64,000 nucleotides of DNA, from positions 5,022,001 through 5,086,000 of the forward strand of contig NC_089433.1 in assembly GCF_026210795.1 (NCBI RefSeq), in the 5' to 3' direction. Shown piece after piece: positions 41,553-54,127 of the stretch (within the stretch, counting starts at the first letter, position 1; the number at the start of each line of letters is the position of its first letter). Made by a program: the position numbers and the translations under genes. Source of the stretch: Rhizophagus irregularis. Its lineage: Eukaryota. Under the pieces are notes generated by a model, which saw only the letters and a program-made list of their open reading frames with translations, searched no databases and had not been told where the DNA came from.

Positions 41553-44500
41553 TTCGTGATCCGCATATAAAGTAGAGAATATCGATATTCCGATGTGGGG
41601 TGCCGATCATATATAAATATAGTAAATTAGCCATAATTCAGCTATTTTGGACCGAGCTAGCACCACCATCTTGTACGACCTAAACATCATATTTTATATA
41701 CTAATAATAGAATACTATATGAATAAATTTCTTGCATTTTCATACTGAATTTGTAAACAAAAAAAAAACTTTTACTAGCCGGGTCGTCAGATTCCTGGCT
41801 ATAAATATAGTAAGTAAATTCGCAATTTCAATAATTTTTATAAAATTTATGGCAAAAAAACTTAAAAAAATGTTGTTTTAACGTCAAAAATTTTCAAAAA
41901 TTTACAAAATTTTATTCATTTGTCAAATTCTTTATTTACTAAGATCTGTCAACTAGTGCTAAAGCTTGTTGGGCTTTCAATTTACGATGAGTTTGTGCAT
42001 ATCGAGAAATCCAATTACTAATTGTAGAAATTTTTGGAATTTCCTCTTCTTCTAAAACTCCTTCTTCTACTAAACCTTTCAGTTCATTATGCATCTCTTG
42101 AGCTGTATACTTTTCACTTTTATTTATATCTCCGGCCAAGAAATATGCCTCAAGGTATGGAATAACATTTTTGCTTATTCGTTTACCTCCTCCTTTTTTA
42201 CCAAATTTCTGATTTTCTTTTAAGGCCCATCCACTTGATAATGCAAAATTCGATGTGTGATTCAAAACTTGCCTTGAACCCAAATCAGTATCAATAATTT
42301 CAGTATTCAAAACGTCTATTATTCATTCAGAAAAAAAGAAAATTAGTTTTGAGATAATATAATCACAATTTTACGGTAAGAATGATTTACCTATATTTTG
42401 TGGTGATATTTCATCGTTCAATTTATTTTGTAAAATTTCTGCTAATATAACTCTATTATTGCTTACATCTGTGTCAATGCCATATTCCTTCAATTGTTTT
42501 TTCAATTCTTCAATAGTAAGACGATTTGTATTGATTTCTAATATAAAAAAAAATCAATGTAAAACAATTGCAAAAAAAGAAAAAAAAATCAATTTATTAT
42601 ATACTTGATCTATGAGGTAATGGAATATTCCAATCGGAAGTTGGAATTGAGTGATCTGAAACTTGTGGATTAGGTTTTTCAAGAGGTCTTTTTTCAAATT
42701 GTGCTATTTTAGCCGGCTCAAAATTTTTCCAAGTTCCAATATTAGGCATTGCACGAGCCTGAATAAATCCTGCATATTCACCTTCTGTCGGCCAGGACCA
42801 CTCATACCAATTGGAATTTCCTGGTATTGAATTTTTCTTTTTTCGTCCTGATTCTATAAATCATAGTAATTGCTTTCAGTAATAAGTATTACATAACTTC
42901 AAAATTGTATTCTCACATATACCCTTTTTCCGTTCTGGTTCCAAATGTGCTACTAAAGTACCACAAATCCCTTGAATAGCATTCTCTATATCTACACCTT
43001 CATTGATATCAAACCCCAATCGAACATAACGATTTATCGCATGTGAAATCTGTAACCAATGATTCAATAAATAATAATGGTGATTTCCTAAATTATTTGA
43101 ACAATCAATACACACTTGGGCATGGTGAGAATCAATTGATGTTTTAGCCTCTCCAGCTTCTAAAAAAACCCATTTTTTTACTGAAATATTGTACCATTCA
43201 TTCCAATGCCCTAGAATTAACATTAGGTCCGCATTGTGATAATGTGGACCATTATCAGAAAGAAAAGTAACCCAATCTGGTTTGACTTCAAGCGATTCAA
43301 TAACTGCATGTAGTGAAGAAGCTGTGAACCATGCATCTTGGCATGTATCGGCCGACCAGTGATCAAATACTTGAATATCCAATTGATGACTTTCAGATTT
43401 TCGTGTATAGACAAGAATTGAATGCAAAGCCCATCCTTTTTTCCCAAAAAAAGCACTTTTTGTTTCTCTTGCGCTCTTGGGTAAGATTTTCATCTTATAA
43501 TCAACTATTATTATAGCTCCTTTTTCATCTAAATCTAATAGATTCGCGTTAAATTGAGAATTTAGAAATACCTTTCGCGTCTGATGACTCAAATAATAGA
43601 AAATTTGATCTCGTAATTCATAAATTTCCTCGTGAATATTATTTGGAGTGTTTTTTTCAATATCAATGAAGAATTGAAAAAGTGCATCACAATCTGAACA
43701 TGTGTGAGTATGTTGTTCATTACATATACCAAAAGCAAAAGGAAGGCAACGGTTTATACATTGGTTATGTGCTGTTGTACCATCAGAATTTACAGTCAAA
43801 TGTGACTCATATTCCCTTTTCAGATATCGTTTTAACTTCTCTCCTTGATCTAATAATTGATTCTAAATGAAATTATTAGAAATTAATATTATATAATTAT
43901 TTTTTATCAATTATAGGAATAAAAATATTACCTGGATATGAAGATTACTAACATGATTTTGAATGAGTTTGGTAAGTTCATCAAATGTTTCATAGCCATA
44001 TGTGTTGCATATTGAACACAAACCACCAAGATTCTCACGATAAATATATCTATTGCCCTGCAAATGCTTATAAAAAGTTGTTCGTTTTACTCCACTTGGA
44101 TATTTTTCATGAAACTTTTCCCACAGATCTTGTTTTGTATTTTTGAGGTAATGAACTGGTTCTTGCGTAATGGTGTCTGTTTTGTATGAACTCATTATTA
44201 CATTAGCCTTATCAGAAAAGAATTGTTCTAAATTTTCTTTTTTTTCCCGTCCTAATTTGTCTTTGACAATAATAGGTTTTTTTGCTTGAGGTGCACCTGG
44301 TCCATTAATACGTGCATATTGGCGGGCTCTTGATACTGTATTTGCAGCTACCTGTAAGTTTATATTTTTATTAGTTCAATTATTTTGATAACATGCATTG
44401 TAGTAGTATACACTAACAGTACACTTACCCCTAATTTTGATCTGAGTTCTTGATAGGTAAATTTTGTAGCAATAATTGAAAGAATTCGTCTTTGACCATT

Positions 44501-45873
44501 TGGACCTCTATTTGTATTTTCCAATGCGTTACGAAATGCTTGCCAAAATGTAAGAGATTGATTTTCTTGATAATATGGATTTTGTTGGAGGAATCCTGAT
44601 TCATAAAGTATTTGTAATGTTGTACTATCTTTTTGAACGTTATCTGATTTCGTCCAAAATTCAAACTAAATTAAAAAAATTATTTGTCAATAATAAATAA
44701 AAAAGTCAACTCATTTTTTTGCATAATTACTAACTTTAGATTCTCCATTTTTGAAGGGGGTGATATTAGTACATCCTGCATTTTGAACAAATGCTCTCCA
44801 AGCACGCCATTCTCGTTCATTAATTTCATAACCAGATGGATATGAATCTAAAATAGCTTTCCGTAATTCTAAAATATCACTTTTCTGATTTAACCATTTA
44901 TTAAATAAATCATGCCATTTGATCTCACATGAAATTCTTCTTTTCAAATGATATTTATAAAGATTTTCTAACACTCCCTCTAAAGTCCAGTCCAATACCG
45001 TGCAAGAAGGAATTTGTGCTTGTTGAATACAAATTTGCGTATACGGATTTTCTAACCCAAAAATTTTTTTTCCAGAATAATTTGAAAGTCTGCCAATACA
45101 TAACCAAACTTCATTAGGATCAATAGCATTATACGTTTTTATCAAAGTATCATTAGTATATATTTGAACTACACACTCTTCATCTTCTATTTCTTGAATA
45201 AAAGCTGATTTTATACCATTGTAATGGGATTGAAAGACGGATTTATATCCTTCTCCTGCATAATTCCATTCTGGTTTTTTTGATTTTCCCATTCCCAGCA
45301 CAATTACGTTCAATTTTCCAAGACTAATCATATATGGACGAAATATAATATCATCAAGTAATTGTTGTATAATATTTGAATTGTCAAAACCCATAACTTG
45401 TGGACCAGGGAACTTTGCATTTGAACGAAAAACTTTTTCATAGCAGGTGTTAATAGCTTCTGTTGGTGAACTGCACACACCTGACCTATATTCTTCAGAA
45501 AAACACAAAAATCCAGGAGAATTTGGATGTTGAGTATCTTTTACAACGGTAATTATGAAGTCACATTTTTTTAAAACTGTATGAGTTTTCATTCCTAAAC
45601 GAATCAGAAGGAGAGGAGTATGCGTAGGATTCTTATTTATTGGTCGCGCAAGCCACCAGTTATGACAAAATGGACCAAAATGTAAATTTTCTACAATTTT
45701 GCCTGGGGAAATAAGTGTTGTAATGTATTCTTTACTTTTACTCATATGTTTTGACTTTAAAAAAGAAGTTGGGTATGTAAAAAACGCGAGATTCTAAAAG
45801 ACGCAAAATCGCATATGCGTATTATCCCCGGATTTTATATATGTCGATCACTACTTTATATACGGATCACGAA
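41553..45873 (-). mobile_element. Autonomous-looking Sola3-like DNA transposon, 4321 bp
   Basis: TIR TTCGTGATCCG(C/T)ATATAAAGTAG (22/23 match); TTAA TSD at 41549-41552 and 45874-45877; single-TTAA empty site in the right arm near 54494. Confidence 0.88.
41939..45745 (-). CDS. Multi-exon DDD transposase, Sola3-like
   Basis: IVDYKMKILP..RE..FFGKKGWALH, SDNGPHYHN, EAGEAKTSIDSHHA; Cys/His motifs; SAP-like LTIEELKKQLKEYGI; C-terminal GWALK..YLEAYF..ISNWISR HTH-like region. Confidence 0.8.
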
Positions 45874-46623
45874 TTAAGGAAAAAAAATAAAATTTTACTT
45901 CTATTTTATTAGGTTTTTGTATATGAAAAGACAAAAAAATAATCAGCTGAAAAAATAAAAAAATTCTTTGTTAATAACCGTAATACATGATCACATGTTG
46001 TTGCAATATTAAAATCAGAAATCCTATATTTAAATTGGTAATACGTATTACATATATGACCGATAGACCAAATTATATCTCCTGCTATTACAATTGTAAA
46101 ATAATATTAAAATTATGAATAAATTAAAAGTTTTTCTAATTTGAAAAATGCAAATCTTTCTGAATTACTCAAATTTTCAAATCTGTTTATTATATAATAT
46201 AATCAATAGTTAATTTTCACTGCAAAATTTCCTAGGAATGGATAAATAAATACATATAAAATTTACTACCCAGTAAGGTTTTTTTGGATGGTTTTAACCT
46301 CTACTTATTATTTATTTTATTTATTTTATTTTTTTTATAGAGAGAAATTGTCATAATACATGTATTATTTTAAAATTAACATTTTAAAAATTAAATTGAA
46401 AAACTATAATTTATTAATTAACAATAAAATGTTTTTTGTTAAAATTATTTAAAAATTTTTTAAATTATAGCGAAAATGCTACAACAGTAAATAATATTAT
46501 AATAGTAAAATTGATCAGCAAACAAATGAAAACATGCAAATATTGAATGATGTCTCAATTTAACAGGTATTTTCAGTGGCACAGGAAGAGTTTTTGCGAA
46601 AAGTTGGCATTAGAAGTTTTTTT

Positions 46624-46740
46624 CATTGTCATTGTCATTGACATTGACATTGACATTGACATTGACATTGACATTGACATTGACATTGACATTGACATTG
46701 ACATTGTCACTGACATTGACATTGTCATTGTCATTTACAT
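46624..46740. repeat. (CATTGA)n hexamer microsatellite near the 5' end of the Helitron-like element; shorter mirror copy at ~51403-51464
   Basis: Direct reading; source of the DIDIDID ORF. Confidence 0.95.
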
Positions 46741-47208
46741 AAAGTTATATAAGATTAATTTGAGAGTTTTTTACCAAAAAGGAAATTTTTTTATAAAAAG
46801 AGAAATGATTTTCAATTTCGAGGCAATTCAGCAGGTGTTTTAATAACAAATTGAGAAATGATTTCCATAGAAAATCTCGTGACAAAATTTATAATAAATT
46901 TAAAAATAAATGATCAACAAATGATCAACAAAATTGTTACTAGTTTTATAAAAAACGCCCAATAATATCTTTTTATTGTTTTAAAAAGGAATAATCATTT
47001 ACAAATAAATGATAGAGAATTTGCATAATTTGATTAATACACAAATAATATAAAATGTCAGTGTTCCTTTGTGTAATGAAACAACAAACACTAGTAGTTC
47101 AATAACAATTATTAGCTTATATAATGAATAAACTTAGTCATATTCCTTGCAATATAATTAAAATGAAGAATCCTCTGATTTTTATTTGAAAACTTGCTAT
47201 TAAACAAA

Positions 47209-48642
47209 TCAAAACATTAAAATGATATTTGAACCTGTTATTATACCTTCTTCATAATATTTTTTAAAAATATCTTTATATTTTTCTATAATAGTACGTT
47301 TTCCATTGATATTAAAATAAAGTAATTTACGTCCCCTACAACTTTCAAAAAATTTTTCAAAAGCATCAATAGAATACACCAAATTTCCATTGATTGTTAT
47401 ATGAGTTAAAGTTTTTAGAGAAAATTTAGTTAATATATCTAATAATTCATCTCCTATACCATAATTTTCATTGCAACTACCAAGACTATCAAGAGATAGT
47501 CTTACTAAAATTTTGCAATTCATTAATAATGATCTAACATAAATCAAATCGTTAGGTCCAAGATGTGTAGTTAATTGCTCTATCTTTGGACAATGATTAG
47601 AAATTGCTTTTAGTAACATTCCTGTATTCTCAACTGATATATCCAAAGTTTTAATAGATACATCCGAAATATTTCCTTTGGTTTTTTCAATTAACATTGC
47701 CAATTCCTTAAAGCATGATGAATCATCATTAATAATGAGAGACCGAAGATCTGGGAATATTGTATTTGCTAAATATTTTTTGAATTCTTCAATTCCTTCA
47801 TAACTTTTAAGTTTATAGCAAATTGATAACCTTTTTAGATTGACAAGTGATGTTAAAAATGAATGTGAAATAACACCAACCGAACAAAATAAAGTAATAT
47901 TATTGATTGTACATCATTTTCTTGCTAATGCTTCATCTAATTCCTCACATAACCTTTCCTTAGTACGAAACTTAAGTATTATTTCTTTTAAATTTCTTTG
48001 TGCATTAATTAAAGAAGTTAATCCAGGAATACCCTGAGAATAACAGTCAACATATAATACGTTCAAATTTTTACAAATCTGTGCCATATCATTAATATTA
48101 TTGGAAGTTACATAAGAGAGATCAATATATAGATCATGGAGTTGAGAAAAACATTTTGTCGAAGCTTCTGAAAATGATGACAAAGGTAGAAAAATTTTCC
48201 ACTATAATCTTTTAATACCTTCACATTGTCTAATGAATAACTTGTAAATTTCTTGACTTAAAAGATAATTTTTTGAAAAATTAACATTTAAAGCTTGTCC
48301 TTCAAATACAAAATTCATAATCTTATCTATAATATCATTACTTAGAAATTTACAAAAGCCGACATAATTAAATGTTAAGGGTTCTGAAAGAATCGTTGAA
48401 GGTAAACTAATATAATTATCAATCAAAAGTTGTTTTGAAGATGTTGGTAGGCAGGAAAGTATTGTATTACAATATTTTTCTTGTGATTCTTCGCAATTAG
48501 AGTATGGATATCGTTCCCACAAGATAGGTACTACTAAACGACACCATTCTTTATTAATTAAAAGGCAGGAATATAATGATTTATTATCTGTTCGTAATTC
48601 ATTAAAAATATAAGTAAGACCTTCAATACTTAATTTTTCCAT
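47209..48642 (-). pseudogene. Full-length F-box/LRR paralogue with two nonsense codons
   Basis: ORFs 48202..48642, 47914..48183, 47209..47703 share one frame, split by TAG (48202-48204) and TGA (47914-47916); collinear with 27745-29169. Confidence 0.88.
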
Positions 48643-50114
48643 TTTATTTTATTTTAGTTTATTCAAAAGCCAGATAAATAAAAATGAGCAAAAAAATGAA
48701 TTTATTAATATTAAGTAAATGATCGTATGTGACCAATCTTGGTTAATACATGAAATTGATAGTATGTGGGATGTTACATGGTTATTCATTAGTTATGTAA
48801 CACTTGTAAAATTATTTAATAATCTATCACCAATTATATTGATATAATCACCTTTTAATAAATTTTAAATTATTTGTTTATCTATATTACTATTATTTTA
48901 CTCGTTTTAATCCACTTCCTTTCTCAGGGATATGTATGAAATGGGAAACTTTCTATGTATTGTATAGAATAAATTTGAACATACTTGTAACAAAAATATT
49001 TTTATCCTTTTGATTTCATTTTAGAGATTATGTAGTTATACTTGAACAGAATTAATTAACAATAATGATTATAAATCATTAAATAAATAAAATATGGAAT
49101 GAGACGGAATCTTATTGGAGATTACAAATTGAAAGGATGTTTAGATTGACAAATGAGAAAGTACTTTTTAAATTCAAATTGGAACAAATTGGATTACCTT
49201 AAGGCATTTGTATTTTTGGTATTACATAGACCATATATAGTTACTATTCCAAAGAATTAGATCTCATTGAATAAAGGTGTGTATTTTGTGATATAAATTG
49301 TGAAAGAAAATTATCTTGAGAATAATTGCAAACCATTTTATTTAGGAAAATTTAAATAATTTTGAATAAAACTGATGATAATTTAAATTTTAAATTCCAA
49401 TGATAATCATGTAATAAAATATTAACGGTTAAACTACAAGAAATAGAAAAATGGTAATGACCATTTAATAATTTTTTATTTGAAGGTGCAGATTCAGGTA
49501 AATTATATCTTTCAGATAAATTTTTTAATAAAAAATTTTCAGCAAAGAATAAAATGCTGATAAATAACCTTAAATATATACATTGGGAAGACCTTTTCAT
49601 ATTATTTCAGAAAATTTGTGTCAGTGATTTTTTATTATTTTAATACTTATAATATGTTTAATTCAAATTTGAATTTGATAAAATATTTAATGAATTTGAA
49701 GATATATTATAATTAAAGATGATAGAAAGTATCCTAATTTACAATCAAGAGAAGTTTTGATGAGAAGATATCAAAAACTGAATTTATAAAATATAAATTT
49801 TAAGAAAGTTAAAGCTAAATGATAATATTACTAAAGAAAATCAGATGTAGAATGGTATGTTTTAAACTGTATTTGTTTGTTATATATAGTAATTTTTTAA
49901 TATTACAATATACTTTTTAGTGAAGCAAAATAAGTGATTTAAATTTAGAATATTTTCTAAGTGTATTTCTTATAAAAAGAAAATTAAAGACAATGGTATT
50001 TATAAAATTTGTATTAATTGTCATAATATATGAAAAGATTATGTTTTTATCCTGATAGTTCCTGATGCTAATCAAGGTGACAAAAAATAAGGCCCTTTAA
50101 TTCTTCTTTTTTTT

Positions 50115-51190
50115 TTATTCCCAAAATTTGTGAATTAAGTCAGGAACATCCTCCTCCAACTGGTCAGCAGGTTCCCAAGTAGCCTCAGTGTCTGGATATC
50201 GCTCCCACTTGACCAAGTACTGATGTTGACCTTTCTTAATGCGATGCTGAAGTCTGCTCAGAAACAAATCTTTCAGGTTGTCCTCTTATCACAGAGTCAG
50301 GTGGAAGACGTTCATTTTTAGGAACAATCTGCAGCTCTTTTCGGGTGTATGCACATCTGGTTACACCTAATCATCCATGTGGTCCATCAAGAAGGTATGT
50401 AGGAGGCTGTTCAGGTGAGAGTATCATTTTTTTGATAACACATATGTTTGGATTCCATCTTATGTCTCCTGTACAGAATTTTCCATGGAGTTTATTACCA
50501 AGCACTGAGATAGGTTCATCTAACTTGACTCTGACATGTGTTCCTTCAGAGAGGAGGTCTGTCTTTTTTGACACTTTGGGTGACACTGTTGGAATGTCTG
50601 GAGGATTTCTTTGCCAGAGTTTATCTATTTTACTAACTACATCACGGAAATCTTCTGACCATTCCACAGATGTGACCCCGATTTTCAACTCCTGTGCCAC
50701 CATTTATTTGAGAAGGGGTTCTTGGATGGCTTGGATAGCTCTTTCAGCATATGATTGCTGTTTATGTCTACCTGGCTCTCCGAACCTTATCATCACCCCT
50801 AGGCTGTTTAGGAAAAAATCACGTACCTGATCATTGGTGAATTCTGATCCAGAGTCTGTCTCCAGTCAATGTGTTGGTGGCTTAATACAATTTCTTCTGT
50901 AGATTTTAACAAATCCATTTAGGACTCTATTTGCAGTCTTATCCTTTAGGGGTTCTACATCAACTCTCTTTCCTGCAACTTCCACCACTACGAGAAAATA
51001 GTAGAATCCATGGGTCAACTGGCATCTCTGCAAGATCTGCCTGATGTGTTGCATTTGGTTTCCATACAATTACCTTTGGGTGTTCTGTTGACTTTTCCTT
51101 TAGGGCTTTTTGTATAGGTTGTAGTGCTCTTCACTTTTTAGAATTCGTGCTGGACTGCTGGTACTCCGCATAGACTGTAGTATTTGTAGT
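50115..51190 (-). pseudogene. rve (c-type) integrase with C-terminal chromodomain, Polinton/Maverick- or Ginger-like, decayed
   Basis: THQADL, FLVVVEV, TDSGSEFTN, QQSYAERAI and YLVKWERYPDTEATWEP across frameshifts and stops; no RT or RNase H nearby. Confidence 0.85.
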
Positions 51191-51253
51191 AATTCTCTAA
51201 TTGTGTCATATTATGACAAATTAAAAGAAAGATTTCAGACTTCAAATCTTAAG

Positions 51254-51397
51254 ATGACACAATTTTACTGTCTAAAGTATAAAAAGGAAACTGAGAATGC
51301 TAGTGAAATACAAGATATGACCACAAATGGCCACTATCGTTTACATGGTAATTGTACAGTTTGTGGGATGCATAAGTCTCAAATTAATCTAATATAA
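51254..51397 (+). pseudogene. Small Zn-ribbon protein (DUF5679-like), cut off by the right arm
   Basis: MTQFYCLKYKKETE..TTNGHYRLHGNCTVCGMHK; last codons derive from arm sequence starting 51377. Confidence 0.65.
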
Positions 51398-51837
51398 CTT
51401 TATGTCAATGACAATGATAATGTCAATGTCAGTGACAATGTCAATGTCAATGTCAATGTCAATGAAAAAAACTTCTAATGCCAACTTTTCGCAAAAACTC
51501 TTCCTGTGCCACTGAAAATACCTGTTAAATTGAGATATCATTCAATATTTGCATGTTTTCATTTGTTTGCTGATCAATTTCGCTATTATAATATTATTAC
51601 TGTTGCAGCATTTTCGCTATAATTTAAAAAATTTTTAAATAATTTTAACAAAAAACATTTTATTGTTAATTAATAAATTATAGTTTTTCAATTTAATTTT
51701 TAAAATATTAATTTTAAAATAATACATGTATTATGACAATTTCTCTCTATAAAAAAAATAAATTAATAAAATAAATAATAAGTAGAGGTCAGAACCATCC
51801 AAAAAACCTTACTGGGTAGTAAATTTTATATGTATTT

Positions 51838-54127
51838 CACAGGTAAAATGCTGACCAATCGGGTACCTACCCGATTGGTAACTTTTTTTTTGATCGGTCA
51901 CCTGATTTATTCAATAGTTAAAAATTAGTGTACACTTCAATCAGGTATCAATCAGGTTAATACCCGATTGATAACTATCGTTCAGTTTAAATTTACCAAT
52001 TAATTTCTATTGTTTCAATTAGACTATTGATAAACTATTTTTCTTTAACTAAAATTAAACTATTTTATACTATTGAAATTTACACTAACATTTTTTTTCA
52101 AACATTTACTTTTGAAACTTTTAAAAAAATTTTTTTTTAGGAAATTGGTTCCGATTTGGATACCGGAATCCCACAAAAGTTTCAAACATTTTACTTTCGA
52201 AACTTTATTAAACTGAAAAAACCATTTATTTGAAGATATTAATAAACGATTTTTAACATTTTTTTTAACATTTTATTGTAGGAATCGGTTATAACAAATC
52301 CCATAGGTGAGTTTCGAAAAATAATTTTTTGAAACTCACTTTTTTTTTTAATATTCAATTGTAGGGAATCGGTTATAACGAATCCCATAGGTGAGTTTTG
52401 AAAAATAATTTTTTGAAACTCACTTTTTTTTTAATATTTAATTATAGGGAATCAGTTACAACGAATCCCATAGGTGAGTTTCAAAAATAATTTTTTGAAA
52501 CTCACTTTTTTTTAATATTCAATTATAGGAAATTGGTTATAATGAATCCCATAGGTGAGTTTTGAAAAATAATTTTTCGAACCTCATTTTTTTTTATTAT
52601 TCAATTGTAAGGAATCAGTTATAACGAATCCCATAGATGAGTTTCGAAAAATACTTTTTCGAAACTATTAAAAAACGTTTTTAACATTTTTTTTCTAATA
52701 CACTATTATAGGGAATTGGTTAAAACGAATCCCATAGGTGAGTTTCGAAAAAATTTTTTGAAACTCACTTTTTTTTAATATTTAATTATAGGGAATTGGT
52801 TATAACGAATCCCATAGGTGAGTTTTGAAAAATAATTTTTTGAAACTCATTTTTTTTATTATTCAATTGTAGGGAATCGGTTATAATGAATCCCATAGGT
52901 GAGTTTCGAAAAATTTTTTTTCAAAACTATTAAAAAACGTTTTTAACATTTTTTTTCTAATACACTATTATAGGGAATCGGTTACAACGAATCCTATAGG
53001 TGAGTTTCAATTTTTAATATACAATTATAGGGAATCAGTTACAACGAATCCCATAGGTTAGTTTCGAAAAATAATTTTTCAAAACTATTAAAACGTTTTT
53101 TTTTAATATTTAATTATAGGGACGAATCCCATAGGTAAGTTTCGAAAAATAATTTTTTGAAACTATTAAAAAACGTTTTTAACATTTTTTTTCTAATACA
53201 CTATGATTATAGGGAATCGGTTACAACGAATCCCATAGGTGAGTTTTGAAAAATTTTTTAAAACTCTTTTTTTTTAATATACAATTATATATAGGGAATC
53301 GGTTATAATGAATCCCATAGATTAGTTTTGAAAAATAATTTTTCAAAACTATTAAAAAATGTTTTAACATTTTTTTAAAATGTTTTTTTTAACATTCAAT
53401 TATAGGGACGAATCCCATAGGTAAGTTTCAAAAAATATTTTTTCGAAACTATTAAAAAAATGTTTTTAACATTTTTTTTTAAATGTTCTATTATAGGGAA
53501 TCAGTATAATGAATCCCATAAAATCCCATAAATAATAAGTTTCAGAAATTTTTTTTCAAAACTATTAAAAAAATGGTAATAAATGTTTTTTTATTATTTT
53601 ATTATAGGGAATCGGCTCTGATAAATGTATATACCGGAATCCTATAAGTAAGTTTTAACTTTTGAAACTTTTTTTAATGTTTTTTTATTTCTTTTGTAGG
53701 GTATTTGCTCCAACCTGGACACCGGATTCTAGATAAAATTTCAGTATTAGTAGTATTTCTGATTTTGTATTTTTAATAATTAATAAATTTAAATTATTAA
53801 ATGTAATTATTGTAAAATATCAAATAAATTTAAATAAAAATGTATGCAATCGGCAGATTTCTTATTGTTATAAATTTATCAAAAAGTTATCAATCGGTAT
53901 ACTGATATGTCAAATAGTAAATATCCAGTAAATATCCTATTGGTAACTATTAATACCCAATTGTACTCTATTGAATATCCCAATTGGTACCCGAGTATCC
54001 TCCTTTTGCGCCATCTTTTGGCAGCAATCGGGTTTACCGATTGATGAAAATTTTAAAAAAAATAGGGACCAATCAGGTGGAATTCAGTCACCTGATTGGT
54101 CCCCAATTTGACATCGTTTGACTAGTG
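51838..54127. mobile_element. Non-autonomous CMC (CACTA-like) element, 2290 bp
   Basis: Ends CACAGGTAAAA / TTTGACTAGTG; TTT TSD confirmed against the empty site near 46248; ACCAATC/GATTGGT subterminal motifs. Confidence 0.82.
52140..53720 (+). repeat. Array of about 16 units (60-110 bp) with constant core TAG-GGAATCGGTTATAACGAATCCCATAG-GTGAGT
   Basis: Direct reading; core flanked by acceptor- and donor-like motifs. Confidence 0.9.

Larger units (their letters stand above)
38380..46765 (-). mobile_element. Left arm of giant inverted duplication: non-autonomous Helitron-like element (~4.06 kb without the Sola3 insert)
   Basis: Collinear reverse-complement match to 51377-61781; minus strand begins TCTCAAATTAATCTTATATAAC and ends TTACCCTAG followed by T; no TSD. 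Confidence 0.7.

Noticed and set aside
46547..46843. ORF with DIDIDID repeat
   Set aside because: Translation of a hexamer microsatellite
50345..50830. 161-aa plus-strand ORF
   Set aside because: Antisense shadow of the integrase
52140..53720. CRISPR-like look (constant 26-30 bp repeat with variable linkers)
   Set aside because: Linkers are homologous to each other and intron-like, no cas genes, eukaryotic TE context
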